Source of the DNA: Escherichia phage P762
Strand: one strand, 5' to 3'
Length of the DNA stretch: 38,954 nucleotides
Sequence record: MW876471
Translations under genes and position numbers: made by a program
Notes under the pieces: model-generated
Database searches by the model: none
Told to the model about the DNA's origin: nothing
The model's input: the letters and a program-made list of their open reading frames with translations, nothing else
In this document: piece after piece, positions 1-8,588 of the stretch
Numbering within the stretch: position 1 is the stretch's first letter
How the letters are laid out: the number at the start of each line of letters is the position of its first letter

Positions 1-1931
1 ATAATGTCTCGACCAACCTGCCACGACTCTGGGTTATCCCCGACCATAAGCTGGTGTTTGGACACCATGCCTATGGACTTACCGTCAGAACCTTCAGACT
101 GGAACGTTACGGTGTTCTCATTCAGCCAGCGTTGAGTCTGCTGAGTTGCAGCGTCAGCGTTACCTGTACGATAGTACCATGAGTCCCAGACCTTACGAGC
201 ACTTGCGTCCAGAGACGTAGGAAGGCGAGAAAGGTCCTTATTCCGAGAGTCGTTCTTCAACTCCTGCCACGCCTTGTCTGACTCCATGCGCATCTCACGG
301 CTTTGACTTGCAGCTTGCTTATCCGCTTCAATCATCGTCTGAGGGTCCAGACCCATCTTGTCCATCTGGTCGAACGTAGAGAACAACTGAGCTTGGTCAG
401 GATACAGAGCAGCAAAACTTGAAGGGTCCTGAGTGTAGGCACGACGAAGAGATTCGAAGCGTTGCATCTTGTCTGGGTCGTACTGCCCACGGATGACCGC
501 AGCTTGCCACTCACCAGCAGCGTCCTGAGTCAGCGTCTGGAAGGCATTACGGAACGGACCATTGTTAGTGTCAGCCCTTAACAATGCCACCTTCTGCGCG
601 TCTTTAGCAGCCTCAGGGATGTCCATCTGGTCAATCTGCTGTAGCTTGGCAGACGCATAGTTGTTCATGTCCGAACGTTTGAACTCGCCTGTAGCATCTG
701 AGACCGGAAGGTCCTCATAGTTGGTGGACACGTTGTCCCCAGCCAGACGTCGCTGATACACTTGGTCTATGACTAGTTGCTTGTTCTGGGTCTGGATTAA
801 CTTAGTGTTCTCCTTCGCCTGTTCAGCGGACTTACGCTTGACCGCTTCCAGTAAGCTGGCTTCGGCATTAATAAGCATCTGACGCTGAGGCGTTAGTTCT
901 TCACCCGGCTGAAGCAGGTTGTTCTGCTCCTTGAGTTTCTGAATCTGTGCAAGACCAATGGTTGGGTCATCCTGAAGAATCGCAGACTGAACGCCTAACG
1001 CTAAGTCTTCCTGATACTTAGCCACCAGCTTGTACTCAGTTCCTTGTGCCTCAACAATAGCAGCGTTGAAGATATCAGGTCCTACAATCTCTTCGACTGT
1101 AGCGTCCACACCGTTAAGGGTGATTCGCTCGCCTCGTACTTGCTGTAGGAAGTTTGAGCCGCCAGACTTCTGGATTGCGTCACGGACCGTCTGGGTAATG
1201 ACCTCTCGTGCTCGCTGGTCAGAAGGGATAGCAGCAGTCGTCAGTCCATCCCGAAGGTAGGCCATGAAGGTCTTTCCAGACTCAGGCGAACGCATCAGGT
1301 CCCCATCGTTAAGGAACGAGTTCATCTCAATACGAGTGTTCAACATTGCTGTCTCTTCAGACTGCTTGCTGAAATACTTATTGAAGGACCCGTAGATAGC
1401 GATGTTTCGGTCCGTGATGTTATCGTTGAATCCACGCTGGAAGAACTCGTCGGTAGGGTTAATACCCGCCTCTTCAGCATAGGACTTAGCGGCATCCTGA
1501 AGTCGCTGGTGGCGATATTCTTCCATTTCCTGACGTGTGCGGAACTCACCGTTCTGAATCTTAACGTTAATCTCGTCGTCTACAGCAAAGGCAGCATTAC
1601 GACCAGTCTTGACTCGAAGTGCTTCCATAGCGTAAGGGTCGTCCTGATACAGCAATGTGCCGTTCTGGATAGCCTCACGTCTTTGCTGAGGTGTCAGTTT
1701 ACGGATAATCTCGTTAGACCGCTCGTCAGCTCTGGTCTTCTCATCGTCCTTGAACTGCTTGTACAATCCTGTCCCAGACTCAACGAAGTTAGTCAATGCA
1801 CGAGCCAGCCCGGAGTCCCCAGTCGGAGCCTGAACGTTGGCTGCTTGATAGTTGACGGCGATAGTTTTACCCGGCGCTCTGCCGCGACCCATAGTCCGAT
1901 TAGCCAGAGCTGATTCAATATTACTAGCCAT
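1..1931 (-). CDS. gp15: internal virion (core) protein gp15, 5' part; CDS runs off the window start and continues at 38476..38827
   Basis: ATG near 1931 preceded by GGAGG; translation MASNIESALANRTMGRG... contains DERSNEIIRKLTPQQRREAIQNGTLLYQDDPYAMEALRVKTGRNAAF, matching T7 gp15 as recalled; no stop before coordinate 1; in frame with the window-end ORF through the duplicated 127 bp. Confidence 0.85.
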   Translation of the reverse strand, partial: MASNIESALANRTMGRGRAPGKTIAVNYQAANVQAPTGDSGLARALTNFVESGTGLYKQFKDDEKTRADERSNEIIRKLTPQQRREAIQNGTLLYQDDPYAMEALRVKTGRNAAFAVDDEINVKIQNGEFRTRQEMEEYRHQRLQDAAKSYAEEAGINPTDEFFQRGFNDNITDRNIAIYGSFNKYFSKQSEETAMLNTRIEMNSFLNDGDLMRSPESGKTFMAYLRDGLTTAAIPSDQRAREVITQTVRDAIQKSGGSNFLQQVRGERITLNGVDATVEEIVGPDIFNAAIVEAQGTEYKLVAKYQEDLALGVQSAILQDDPTIGLAQIQKLKEQNNLLQPGEELTPQRQMLINAEASLLEAVKRKSAEQAKENTKLIQTQNKQLVIDQVYQRRLAGDNVSTNYEDLPVSDATGEFKRSDMNNYASAKLQQIDQMDIPEAAKDAQKVALLRADTNNGPFRNAFQTLTQDAAGEWQAAVIRGQYDPDKMQRFESLRRAYTQDPSSFAALYPDQAQLFSTFDQMDKMGLDPQTMIEADKQAASQSREMRMESDKAWQELKNDSRNKDLSRLPTSLDASARKVWDSWYYRTGNADAATQQTQRWLNENTVTFQSEGSDGKSIGMVSKHQLMVGDNPESWQVGRDI

Positions 1932-1942
1932 TAGTCCTCCTC

Positions 1943-2533
1943 TTAGCTATGACCTGTAGGTGTGCCTTTAGCAGCACTAATCGGTGCAGAACCACCGGAG
2001 CTAGATGCCCCAGCAATAGACTTACCAGCAGCATACCCTTGCATCCCGGCGCTAGCAACATTAAGTAGTGCATGGGCCAGTGGGCTGGTCTTTATGATTT
2101 TACCTTGACCACGGATAGCAGACTTGGTGTTCTCAATGTTGGCGATACGGTTCCCGAAGATAGCCGCATAGTCGCGGTTGTAACTTTCGGTAATCCCTGC
2201 TCGCTCCTTGACTGTATCTCCTTCGACCTGACGTTCAATCCTGTCCATAGAGTTCCCTTCCAGACCGGACTCAGCAACCGCAGCTCGGACCATACCCTGA
2301 TTGCGGATGCCGTTAAGCGTTGTCTCTGTAAGTTCAGCCATCTGCTGCTCCTTCAGGTCTCGCTCCTGCATCCTCAGGTTGGCGTCAGAGTAGTTCATCT
2401 GCTTAATCATCTCTTGAGCCTGTCGGTTCTGAGCGTCAATTGCTGCACCTTCGGCCTTGGCCTGCTGGGATGCGGACATAGTGGCCCCGGCTACAGCCAT
2501 GATACCCATGCCGATACTTACGGGTTCACACAT
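1943..2533 (-). CDS. gp14: internal virion protein gp14
   Basis: 196-aa ORF, same size and position as T7 gp14, between gp13 and gp15. Confidence 0.8.
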   Translation of the reverse strand: MCEPVSIGMGIMAVAGATMSASQQAKAEGAAIDAQNRQAQEMIKQMNYSDANLRMQERDLKEQQMAELTETTLNGIRNQGMVRAAVAESGLEGNSMDRIERQVEGDTVKERAGITESYNRDYAAIFGNRIANIENTKSAIRGQGKIIKTSPLAHALLNVASAGMQGYAAGKSIAGASSSGGSAPISAAKGTPTGHS

Positions 2534-2979
2534 ACGTCCTCCTTAGAGATAGTGAATAATTGAAAATGCTCACCAGTTACCGGGCTGATAGTCCAATCAT
2601 CATGGAACTTAGCCCCAAGCAACTTCAAGAATTTAATGTGAGACTTATTGCCTGACCACACGTAGTTCCAGATGGTCCCGTATTGGTCTAACATTAAGTC
2701 CCTGTATCGTGCAATGTGTAGTCCGAACTCTCGCTTCTCAGCCTTGGACAGACGGGAGACAAGACGGGAGGTAACGAACCAGACGTTATCACCTTGGTTT
2801 CCACCATAGGCGTATACTGTCCCCAGAGCATCGACCAAAACCACAGATGACGGAGTGAGGTGAGACATCAGGACAGGCTTCAAGTCTCTCCGTGGGTCAT
2901 TCGCCATCAGCTCATTAACGTCATCTATAGCAATTTCGAAGGACAATACATCCTGTTCAGTAGCTTTACGAATATACAT
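2518..2979 (-). CDS. gp13: internal virion protein gp13
   Basis: 153-aa ORF directly downstream of a phage promoter, in the gene 13 position between gp12 and gp14. Confidence 0.75.
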   Translation of the reverse strand: MYIRKATEQDVLSFEIAIDDVNELMANDPRRDLKPVLMSHLTPSSVVLVDALGTVYAYGGNQGDNVWFVTSRLVSRLSKAEKREFGLHIARYRDLMLDQYGTIWNYVWSGNKSHIKFLKLLGAKFHDDWTISPVTGEHFQLFTISKEDVCVNP

Positions 2980-3018
2980 AAAGTCTCCTCTTAAAGTATT
3001 ATAACTTAAAGGGCCTAT

Positions 3019-3041
3019 AGTCCCTATAGTGATAGTTAAGG
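3019..3041 (-). promoter_or_regulatory. phage RNAP promoter (phi13 position)
   Basis: minus-strand CTTAACTATCACTATAGGGA (plus strand tccctatagtgatagttaag), one of 11 copies of the same motif. Confidence 0.75.
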
Positions 3042-3065
3042 TAAATCTATAGGCCCTTCAATAAG

Positions 3066-5423
3066 TTAGACGGAACGAGCTTTCTTAGCGTATGACGCCT
3101 CCCAGCCACACCCAACGATGGACACTGGGGTAGGATAATCTGACTCTAAGGTTAGGCTCGTGGTTAATGCGTTACCATTCATAGCAAAGCGATACTGTCC
3201 ATCCCCAATGTTGGTAGTCCCGATGGTTTGCTGACCAAGTGTGTACCCGTTAAAGGTGTTCACGAACTCCCGCTCACCGTTTCTGACAATGAGCCTCAGA
3301 GCGCCAGTGTCTTTGTAGTTTACCCAAGCCCGACGAAGCTGTAGACGACCAGTGTCTTCAGACTTAGTTCCACTATCATCTTCAATCTTAATCAGGAACC
3401 GTGAGAACTTGTAGGACATCAGATAGGAACGTCCGATGAACACTGTGCGTCCTGACCAATCGCCGTTTAGGGTAACCACGGTAGAGATACTGGTCAAGTC
3501 CCCAAGGTCCACATAAGCACCCTGACTGTCAATCAGATAGTACCGACCGGGAGACGGAGCGTTGCCACCATAAGCAGCAGCAATGTCAACCGTAGTCTTA
3601 TAGGTGTCAGCATTATATGAGCCAATTGGAATTACCATAGACACCTTGGAGTCAATGTGTAGTCTATACGGCTCTGACGGGAAGTCAGTTGCCTCCTTGA
3701 TGAACTTAAGGTGCTCAATGTCTACCCCTCCTTGGTGCTGACGAATGATGAACATGGTAGAGCCAATAGAAGCAGACGCCAGAATCTTATCGTCTTTAGG
3801 GAACTCCCAGTGTGACCAAGAGGCTTGAAGCTGTACGCCGTCCTTAAACAAGAATTTGTAGATGTAGATTCGGTTGTATGCACCTGTAGAGTTGACGCAG
3901 ATGTAGTTCTCAGTCCCTGTACCTTGAATATCAAACACCCCGTTAGGGATGTAGGACAATACGTGACCAGTTGTATCATCGGCATCCTTCACATCAGACA
4001 CATCAGCTACAGCGAAGTATCGCTTAATGCTGGTGAATGACCCACGGGGGGCTGAGAAGAAGACTGAGCGTCCTACAGCGAACGGTCTGGCATTGTCACC
4101 TAAGGCAAACTCTGAGCCTACATCAAGCTGGATAGACTTCGAGGTAAGGACCCCAGAGCTTGTCATCACGAACTGAACCTCATCCGACCAAAGTAGTAGC
4201 TGCTCGCTAAACGGAACGGCATACTTAAGGATTGAGATACGAGGGTTACTTACAGCTACATCAATAGGGTCATCATCGCTCAGTGTCGCCACACTCTTAG
4301 GGAAGAACGCAAAGTAGCTGGCTGAACGGCTCATTATTACGTTCTCACCCGACAAGAACCCAAGTCTGTTCCTGTAGAAGAACACATCATTAATCGCAGC
4401 ATCCACGAAGCTAGGCATAGGGTTTGTGTCATCGTTACCAGCACCACGCTTGGACCAATCCAGAGTCTTAAACTCAAAGGAGCCATCAGGCTGTCTGACC
4501 AGAGCATGTGGCATTGTGGTGACATCAAAACCAGTGACAACTCCCGGCTCCACTGTCTCCTTCCACGTCTTAGTGTTGGAGTCATACATCACGTAGTATT
4601 CATCGGCGCTACTGTTTGTCTCACCTTGAATCTTAATGATATACCCATTAGGAGCGGCAAGAGGCAGTTTAGAGATTGTCTGCACAGTGTCTAGGACTGG
4701 GCTTATTAGCTGGTTAGCGTAGCCATCCTCCGTCTCCACTGAGTTAATATCGGTCCCTGAAGGAGCTGTGATTAGCAGGAAGCCAGACCCAAGGTCGAAC
4801 GTGAAGTCAGGATAGGCCTGAACAAGAAGGTCTCTCAGAGCTGCACCAATGGCTTGAGCGTCCACCTTAGGTGGGTCATTCTCGGCATCATTACCTGCTG
4901 GTAGCTTATGCGAGACCTTAACTCCACCGTTGATTCCCACCTTAAGGGTTCGACCATACTGTCCACCACGCAGGTTAATTAAAGCTCGTGCTTTGCGGTT
5001 ATAACCAGAGTGTGACTTCTCGCTTCCACCTTTGACGACAACCTTACGGTTAACGACGAACGTATAGTCTGCTACGGTAACGACACGGATGTCATCTCGT
5101 GGGTTGGAGGACTTAACGTAATCTACCGCACCTGACACTGAGTATTGATTGCCACTCAAGTCAACTACCTGAATGTTGGACCCATTGAACACGATGTAAT
5201 ACTGCTCATGCTCGTCACGGTTAATCAGGTGGAACTTAGGGTTGCTCCCAACGTCGATGTTAAGACGTCGCTTGAAGACTGTAGGTGGGCGCTTCTGGAG
5301 GCCATCACTCTCGGATGACCAGCAGTTAACCTGTGCCTCGCCTTGGTCTGAGAACCTCAGTATATCAGGCTGCTGGCTAATGCCACCTTTAAGGTTCTTG
5401 ATTGATTGAGTAATTAGTGGCAT
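3066..5423 (-). CDS. gp12: tail tubular protein B (gp12)
   Basis: 785-aa ORF, size and position as T7 gp12 (794 aa), downstream of gp11. Confidence 0.9.
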   Translation of the reverse strand: MPLITQSIKNLKGGISQQPDILRFSDQGEAQVNCWSSESDGLQKRPPTVFKRRLNIDVGSNPKFHLINRDEHEQYYIVFNGSNIQVVDLSGNQYSVSGAVDYVKSSNPRDDIRVVTVADYTFVVNRKVVVKGGSEKSHSGYNRKARALINLRGGQYGRTLKVGINGGVKVSHKLPAGNDAENDPPKVDAQAIGAALRDLLVQAYPDFTFDLGSGFLLITAPSGTDINSVETEDGYANQLISPVLDTVQTISKLPLAAPNGYIIKIQGETNSSADEYYVMYDSNTKTWKETVEPGVVTGFDVTTMPHALVRQPDGSFEFKTLDWSKRGAGNDDTNPMPSFVDAAINDVFFYRNRLGFLSGENVIMSRSASYFAFFPKSVATLSDDDPIDVAVSNPRISILKYAVPFSEQLLLWSDEVQFVMTSSGVLTSKSIQLDVGSEFALGDNARPFAVGRSVFFSAPRGSFTSIKRYFAVADVSDVKDADDTTGHVLSYIPNGVFDIQGTGTENYICVNSTGAYNRIYIYKFLFKDGVQLQASWSHWEFPKDDKILASASIGSTMFIIRQHQGGVDIEHLKFIKEATDFPSEPYRLHIDSKVSMVIPIGSYNADTYKTTVDIAAAYGGNAPSPGRYYLIDSQGAYVDLGDLTSISTVVTLNGDWSGRTVFIGRSYLMSYKFSRFLIKIEDDSGTKSEDTGRLQLRRAWVNYKDTGALRLIVRNGEREFVNTFNGYTLGQQTIGTTNIGDGQYRFAMNGNALTTSLTLESDYPTPVSIVGCGWEASYAKKARSV

Positions 5424-5432
5424 AGGCCCTCC

Positions 5433-5660
5433 TTAAATCATACTCATTAGGACGTATCCTTCAGCGATGTCATCAACGTCAGCAATGTGGACAACCTTAC
5501 GTGCTACCTGTTGTCCAGTATACCCGTTGTCCCACTCATTCAGGATAAGCCAATCGCCAACCTTAAAGTCCCGGTCGTTGAGTCTTAGCTCTGCTGTCTT
5601 TAGACCTAGTTGTACCGGACCAAAGTGCTGGCGGTGAATCTTCAGGTTGTGACTAGCCAT
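5433..5660 (-). CDS. DUF3850/ASCH (PUA-like) small protein, inserted between genes 11 and 12
   Basis: 75-aa ORF with GGAGG SD; start overlaps gp11 stop (TAATG); pattern H.LKI...F..V..G.KT.E.R.NDRDF.VGD.L.L.E.D...YTG...EGYV.MS matches the DUF3850 signature as recalled. Confidence 0.75.
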   Translation of the reverse strand: MASHNLKIHRQHFGPVQLGLKTAELRLNDRDFKVGDWLILNEWDNGYTGQQVARKVVHIADVDDIAEGYVLMSMI

Positions 5661-6226
5661 TAGTCCCTCCCGATGTCGGACATCATGTTGTAGCGACCCG
5701 TGTCCATCTCGTACTCCATAACCTGCTGATAGAGTTCTGCTTCCTGCTCACGAAGGTATAGCTCTGACTCTGGGCTACCGAAGAACTTAGCATTGAACTC
5801 ACGGCTAGCTTTAGTGACGATGTAGTCCCTGAAGACAACAGGCATCTCAGCGAATGGTTTCATCTCCACAAGCTCTACCGTGATAGGGTCGGTGAAAGTG
5901 GTTGACTGAGTGGATAGGTCGTACAGGTATCCACCCATGTTGCTGTAGTAGCTGGTGGCCCCCGCGGTCATTACACGAAGGTATGACGGCAGGAATCGAA
6001 TCCTATTGTCTTGGACATCAGGTGTCAGGACGGCAGCTTCGTTGATATTAAAGTTCCAGCCTTTAGCTTGGACCTGACGATTGACACGATGCAGTATACG
6101 TTGAGCGTTAGAGACGTCAGCGTTCCCCTCGTCAAGCTGTAGGACTGCTGGTTCACCGATAGCAGCTAACATATCGTTGATGGCATCTAAGTCATCGTTA
6201 GCATTCAGTGGAATGTATTGAGCCAT
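5660..6226 (-). CDS. gp11: tail tubular protein A (gp11)
   Basis: 188-aa ORF; AINDMLAAIGEP, IVTKASREFN and MEYEMDTGRYNM blocks match T7 gp11. Confidence 0.9.
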   Translation of the reverse strand: MAQYIPLNANDDLDAINDMLAAIGEPAVLQLDEGNADVSNAQRILHRVNRQVQAKGWNFNINEAAVLTPDVQDNRIRFLPSYLRVMTAGATSYYSNMGGYLYDLSTQSTTFTDPITVELVEMKPFAEMPVVFRDYIVTKASREFNAKFFGSPESELYLREQEAELYQQVMEYEMDTGRYNMMSDIGRD

Positions 6227-6246
6227 AAGTCTCCTCTCACTTTAAG

Positions 6247-6290
6247 CAAAAAAAACCCCTCAAGCACCCGAAGGCACCCAAGGGGTTTCA
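6247..6290 (-). terminator. T-phi-like rho-independent terminator after the capsid gene
   Basis: minus-strand AACCCCTTGGGTGCCTTCGGGTGCTTGAGGGGTTTTTTTT: GC hairpin with TTCG loop and U-run, same place and near-same sequence as T7 T-phi. Confidence 0.85.
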
Positions 6291-6291
6291 A

Positions 6292-7466
6292 TTAGTTGTT
6301 GGACTCAGCCAGTTTAGCGGCCCTGTTCGCAGCACGAGTACGCGCAGCTTTCTGTTGAGGAGTTAGAGTCTCCTCTTCAGGTGCAGCCGCTACTGTAGCG
6401 ACGTTAGGTTGGCTAAAGGTGCTTACGCCGCTGGGCTGAAAACCAGTGCGCCAGCCGCTTCAGGACGCAGACCACCGTGACCCATAGCGTATTTACCAAC
6501 AATCAGGTCGCCCTGAGCATCGACGTCACGGTCACGTTCCAGCGCCAAGTCACGCAGCTTCACAGTACCTACAGCAGAACGGTGAGAGAACAGACCCACA
6601 ACGTTATCCATAGCAACTTTAACGTCTCCAGTAGCAGTTGCCGGGAATGCGTGTTTCTGACCGGAAGCGATAGAGATACCATCGTCACCACGAGTCTCAC
6701 CAGCGCCACCCTGTACCAGATGCGGAACTTCAACAACAACGAAGCCCATCACGTTACGGATGTTACCAGTCTCTGGGTCAATCAGCGCAGCATAGTTAGC
6801 AGCGTTCGGCATCAGAGCAGCGAGGATTGCAGAGTAGTTGTCAGGCGTGGTGTAGAAGTAACGGTCGCCAGCAGGAACGTAGTTGGAGGTTAGCTTCGCA
6901 CGAGCAATGGTCAGTTGACCAATGATTGCTTCACCCAGTTTAGCCGGGGTGTCGAGGTCAGCTTTCTTGCCTACTTCAAGTACGGACGCGGTGCCCAGAC
7001 CAGCAATATTCTCGTTGGATGCAGCCGGGAGGTTACACAGGAGAGCCATTTCAGCCAGAACAGCACCATCGGCAGCGATAGCCAGAGCTTCCCCCAACTG
7101 GTTGGAATACTCGCCAGCCACGTCATAGTGGTTCATAGCGTCTTCAATGTCGAAAATCATCACATCGGCAGTCAGCAGACCATCAATGGTAATCACTTTC
7201 TCGGTATGTTTGATACCTTTACGCTTATCAGACAGTCGCTCACCCGGAGCCAGATACACACCAGAGGTGCGACCCATGACCGGGAACTGAGCAGACTTAC
7301 CGTTCTGAATGGTACGGACAATATGCTTGTCAGCAGTTACAGAGCGGCGAGTGAATGCGGTCAGGACTTCACCAGCAAAGACCTTCAGGAACAACGCAAG
7401 AGCGTCGGAACTGGACTTGCCTTTACCTTGGTCTGTACCAATTTTCTGACCCGGAACGTTTGCCAT
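6292..7466 (-). CDS. gp10B: minor capsid protein 10B, predicted by -1 ribosomal frameshift near the end of 10A
   Basis: heptamer GGTTTTC (~6438..6444) 5 codons before the 10A stop; the -1 frame is open for 47 further codons (QPSGVSTFSQPNVATVAAAPEEETLTPQQKAARTRAANRAAKLAESNN) and stops at ~6292, right against the terminator hairpin. Confidence 0.55.
6423..7466 (-). CDS. gp10A: major capsid protein 10A
   Basis: 347-aa ORF; long identical blocks to T7 10A (KHTEKVITIDGLLTAD, MPNAANYAALIDPE, HRSAVGTVKLRDLALER, AKYAMGHGGLRPEAAGA). Confidence 0.97.
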   Translation of the reverse strand: MANVPGQKIGTDQGKGKSSSDALALFLKVFAGEVLTAFTRRSVTADKHIVRTIQNGKSAQFPVMGRTSGVYLAPGERLSDKRKGIKHTEKVITIDGLLTADVMIFDIEDAMNHYDVAGEYSNQLGEALAIAADGAVLAEMALLCNLPAASNENIAGLGTASVLEVGKKADLDTPAKLGEAIIGQLTIARAKLTSNYVPAGDRYFYTTPDNYSAILAALMPNAANYAALIDPETGNIRNVMGFVVVEVPHLVQGGAGETRGDDGISIASGQKHAFPATATGDVKVAMDNVVGLFSHRSAVGTVKLRDLALERDRDVDAQGDLIVGKYAMGHGGLRPEAAGALVFSPAA

Positions 7467-7568
7467 ATGATAATTCTCCTATTCAATTGAAAGATAAAGT
7501 TTATTACTTACTGTATGCCCAATCCGTATGGACTGAAGTAATAGGGAAACCTTGAGTCTATCTCTCGG

Positions 7569-7591
7569 TCTCCCTATAGTGATAGTTTAGT
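7569..7591 (-). promoter_or_regulatory. phage RNAP promoter (phi10 position)
   Basis: plus-strand ctccctatagtgatagtttag; upstream of capsid gene with ~100-nt leader ending in AGGAGA SD. Confidence 0.8.
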
Positions 7592-7592
7592 C

Positions 7593-8477
7593 CTACAGGC
7601 TTGAGGCAGCTACCTTAGCGCGAACTTCCATCGTGTATTTAGCGTCACGCAGGTATCGCGGGTCACTCATAGCCTTAATCATGTCAGCCTTTGAGCTGAA
7701 TGCTTCGGTCTGAGGAGCCTTAGGTGCAACCACAGGTTTAGCCTGATTGGTGAGGGTACGCTGAGGTTTAACGCCTACAGCTTTACCCAGAGTCTTGCCA
7801 GCCAGATTCAGCAGAGCTTTGGTCGTAGCAATGTCCTTACGAACGATAGCAGCTTCCAGTGCCTCACGAGTTGACGGGTCGTTGGACTCAAGGTGTGACA
7901 GGATGCGATTAAACTGTTCAGCACCACCAGCGTAGCGAACCACACCAGCAGCATACTGTTCAGCCAGAGCTTCCTGACCACGGACAAACGAATCTACGAA
8001 ACGCTTGGTGTAACCTGCTTCCTGCAACTTAGCGTAGGATGCGTCAGACAGCTTACCGTCCTTGGCGTATTCAGCCTTGATAGCGGTAATTTCATCAGCA
8101 GTGACCTTGCCAGCTTCTACAGCAGAAGACACCATGTCGTCAAATGCAGCTTCGTTTTCATCCAGAGCGGTGACACTTTCGGTCAGCTCTTTCGGTGCAT
8201 CACCAAGTTCTACGAACTCAGGTTGCTCACCATCGGTCTCAGACTCTTCGTCATCGGACTCGTGGTCTTCCTCACCTTCAGCCTCTTCGACGTTCTCGTC
8301 TTCTTCGGTCACCTCTTCGTTTTCGGCTTCCAGTTGCTTGAAGGTAATAGCGTCATCGCCATCACGAACAGCTACGTCCTGTTCAAGCATAGACTTCTGG
8401 TGTTCGTTCAGGTCCTCAACGGAACCAGTGATTGCATTAGAGCTAACGCCGAACTCGGCATAAACTGATTGAGACAT
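7593..8477 (-). CDS. gp9: capsid assembly (scaffolding) protein gp9
   Basis: acidic protein; C-terminal MIKAMSDPRY and N-terminal VYAEFGV blocks match T7 gp9; start placed at internal ATG (MSQSVYAEF, AAGGAG SD) rather than the track start at 8543. Confidence 0.85.
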   Translation of the reverse strand: MSQSVYAEFGVSSNAITGSVEDLNEHQKSMLEQDVAVRDGDDAITFKQLEAENEEVTEEDENVEEAEGEEDHESDDEESETDGEQPEFVELGDAPKELTESVTALDENEAAFDDMVSSAVEAGKVTADEITAIKAEYAKDGKLSDASYAKLQEAGYTKRFVDSFVRGQEALAEQYAAGVVRYAGGAEQFNRILSHLESNDPSTREALEAAIVRKDIATTKALLNLAGKTLGKAVGVKPQRTLTNQAKPVVAPKAPQTEAFSSKADMIKAMSDPRYLRDAKYTMEVRAKVAASSL

Positions 8478-8565
8478 TGAGTCATTCTCCTTTAAGTCGT
8501 TAATAGGTAACGGGACAGAGTATGGTGGCTCCAAGTGGCACACTCTCGGTGAATGTGTGTCCCGT

Positions 8566-8588
8566 TGTTCCTATAGTGATAGTTTAGG
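8566..8588 (-). promoter_or_regulatory. phage RNAP promoter (phi9 position)
   Basis: plus-strand ttcctatagtgatagtttag between portal stop and scaffold gene. Confidence 0.75.

Noticed and set aside
2072-2563. Plus-strand 163-aa ORF and nested minus ORF 2092..2277 opposite or inside gp14
   Set aside because: Overlap the gp14 coding sequence in other frames; no independent signals
6915-7490. Plus-strand ORFs opposite the major capsid gene (6477..6893, 6915..7490, 6922..7128)
   Set aside because: Entirely antisense to a highly conserved capsid CDS; no start signals; every verified gene is on the minus strand
8062-8463. Plus-strand Ser-rich 133-aa ORF and the overlapping 81-aa ORF
   Set aside because: Antisense to the acidic (Glu/Asp-rich) part of the scaffolding gene; Ser-rich translation is the expected mirror artefact; no RBS or promoter in this orientation
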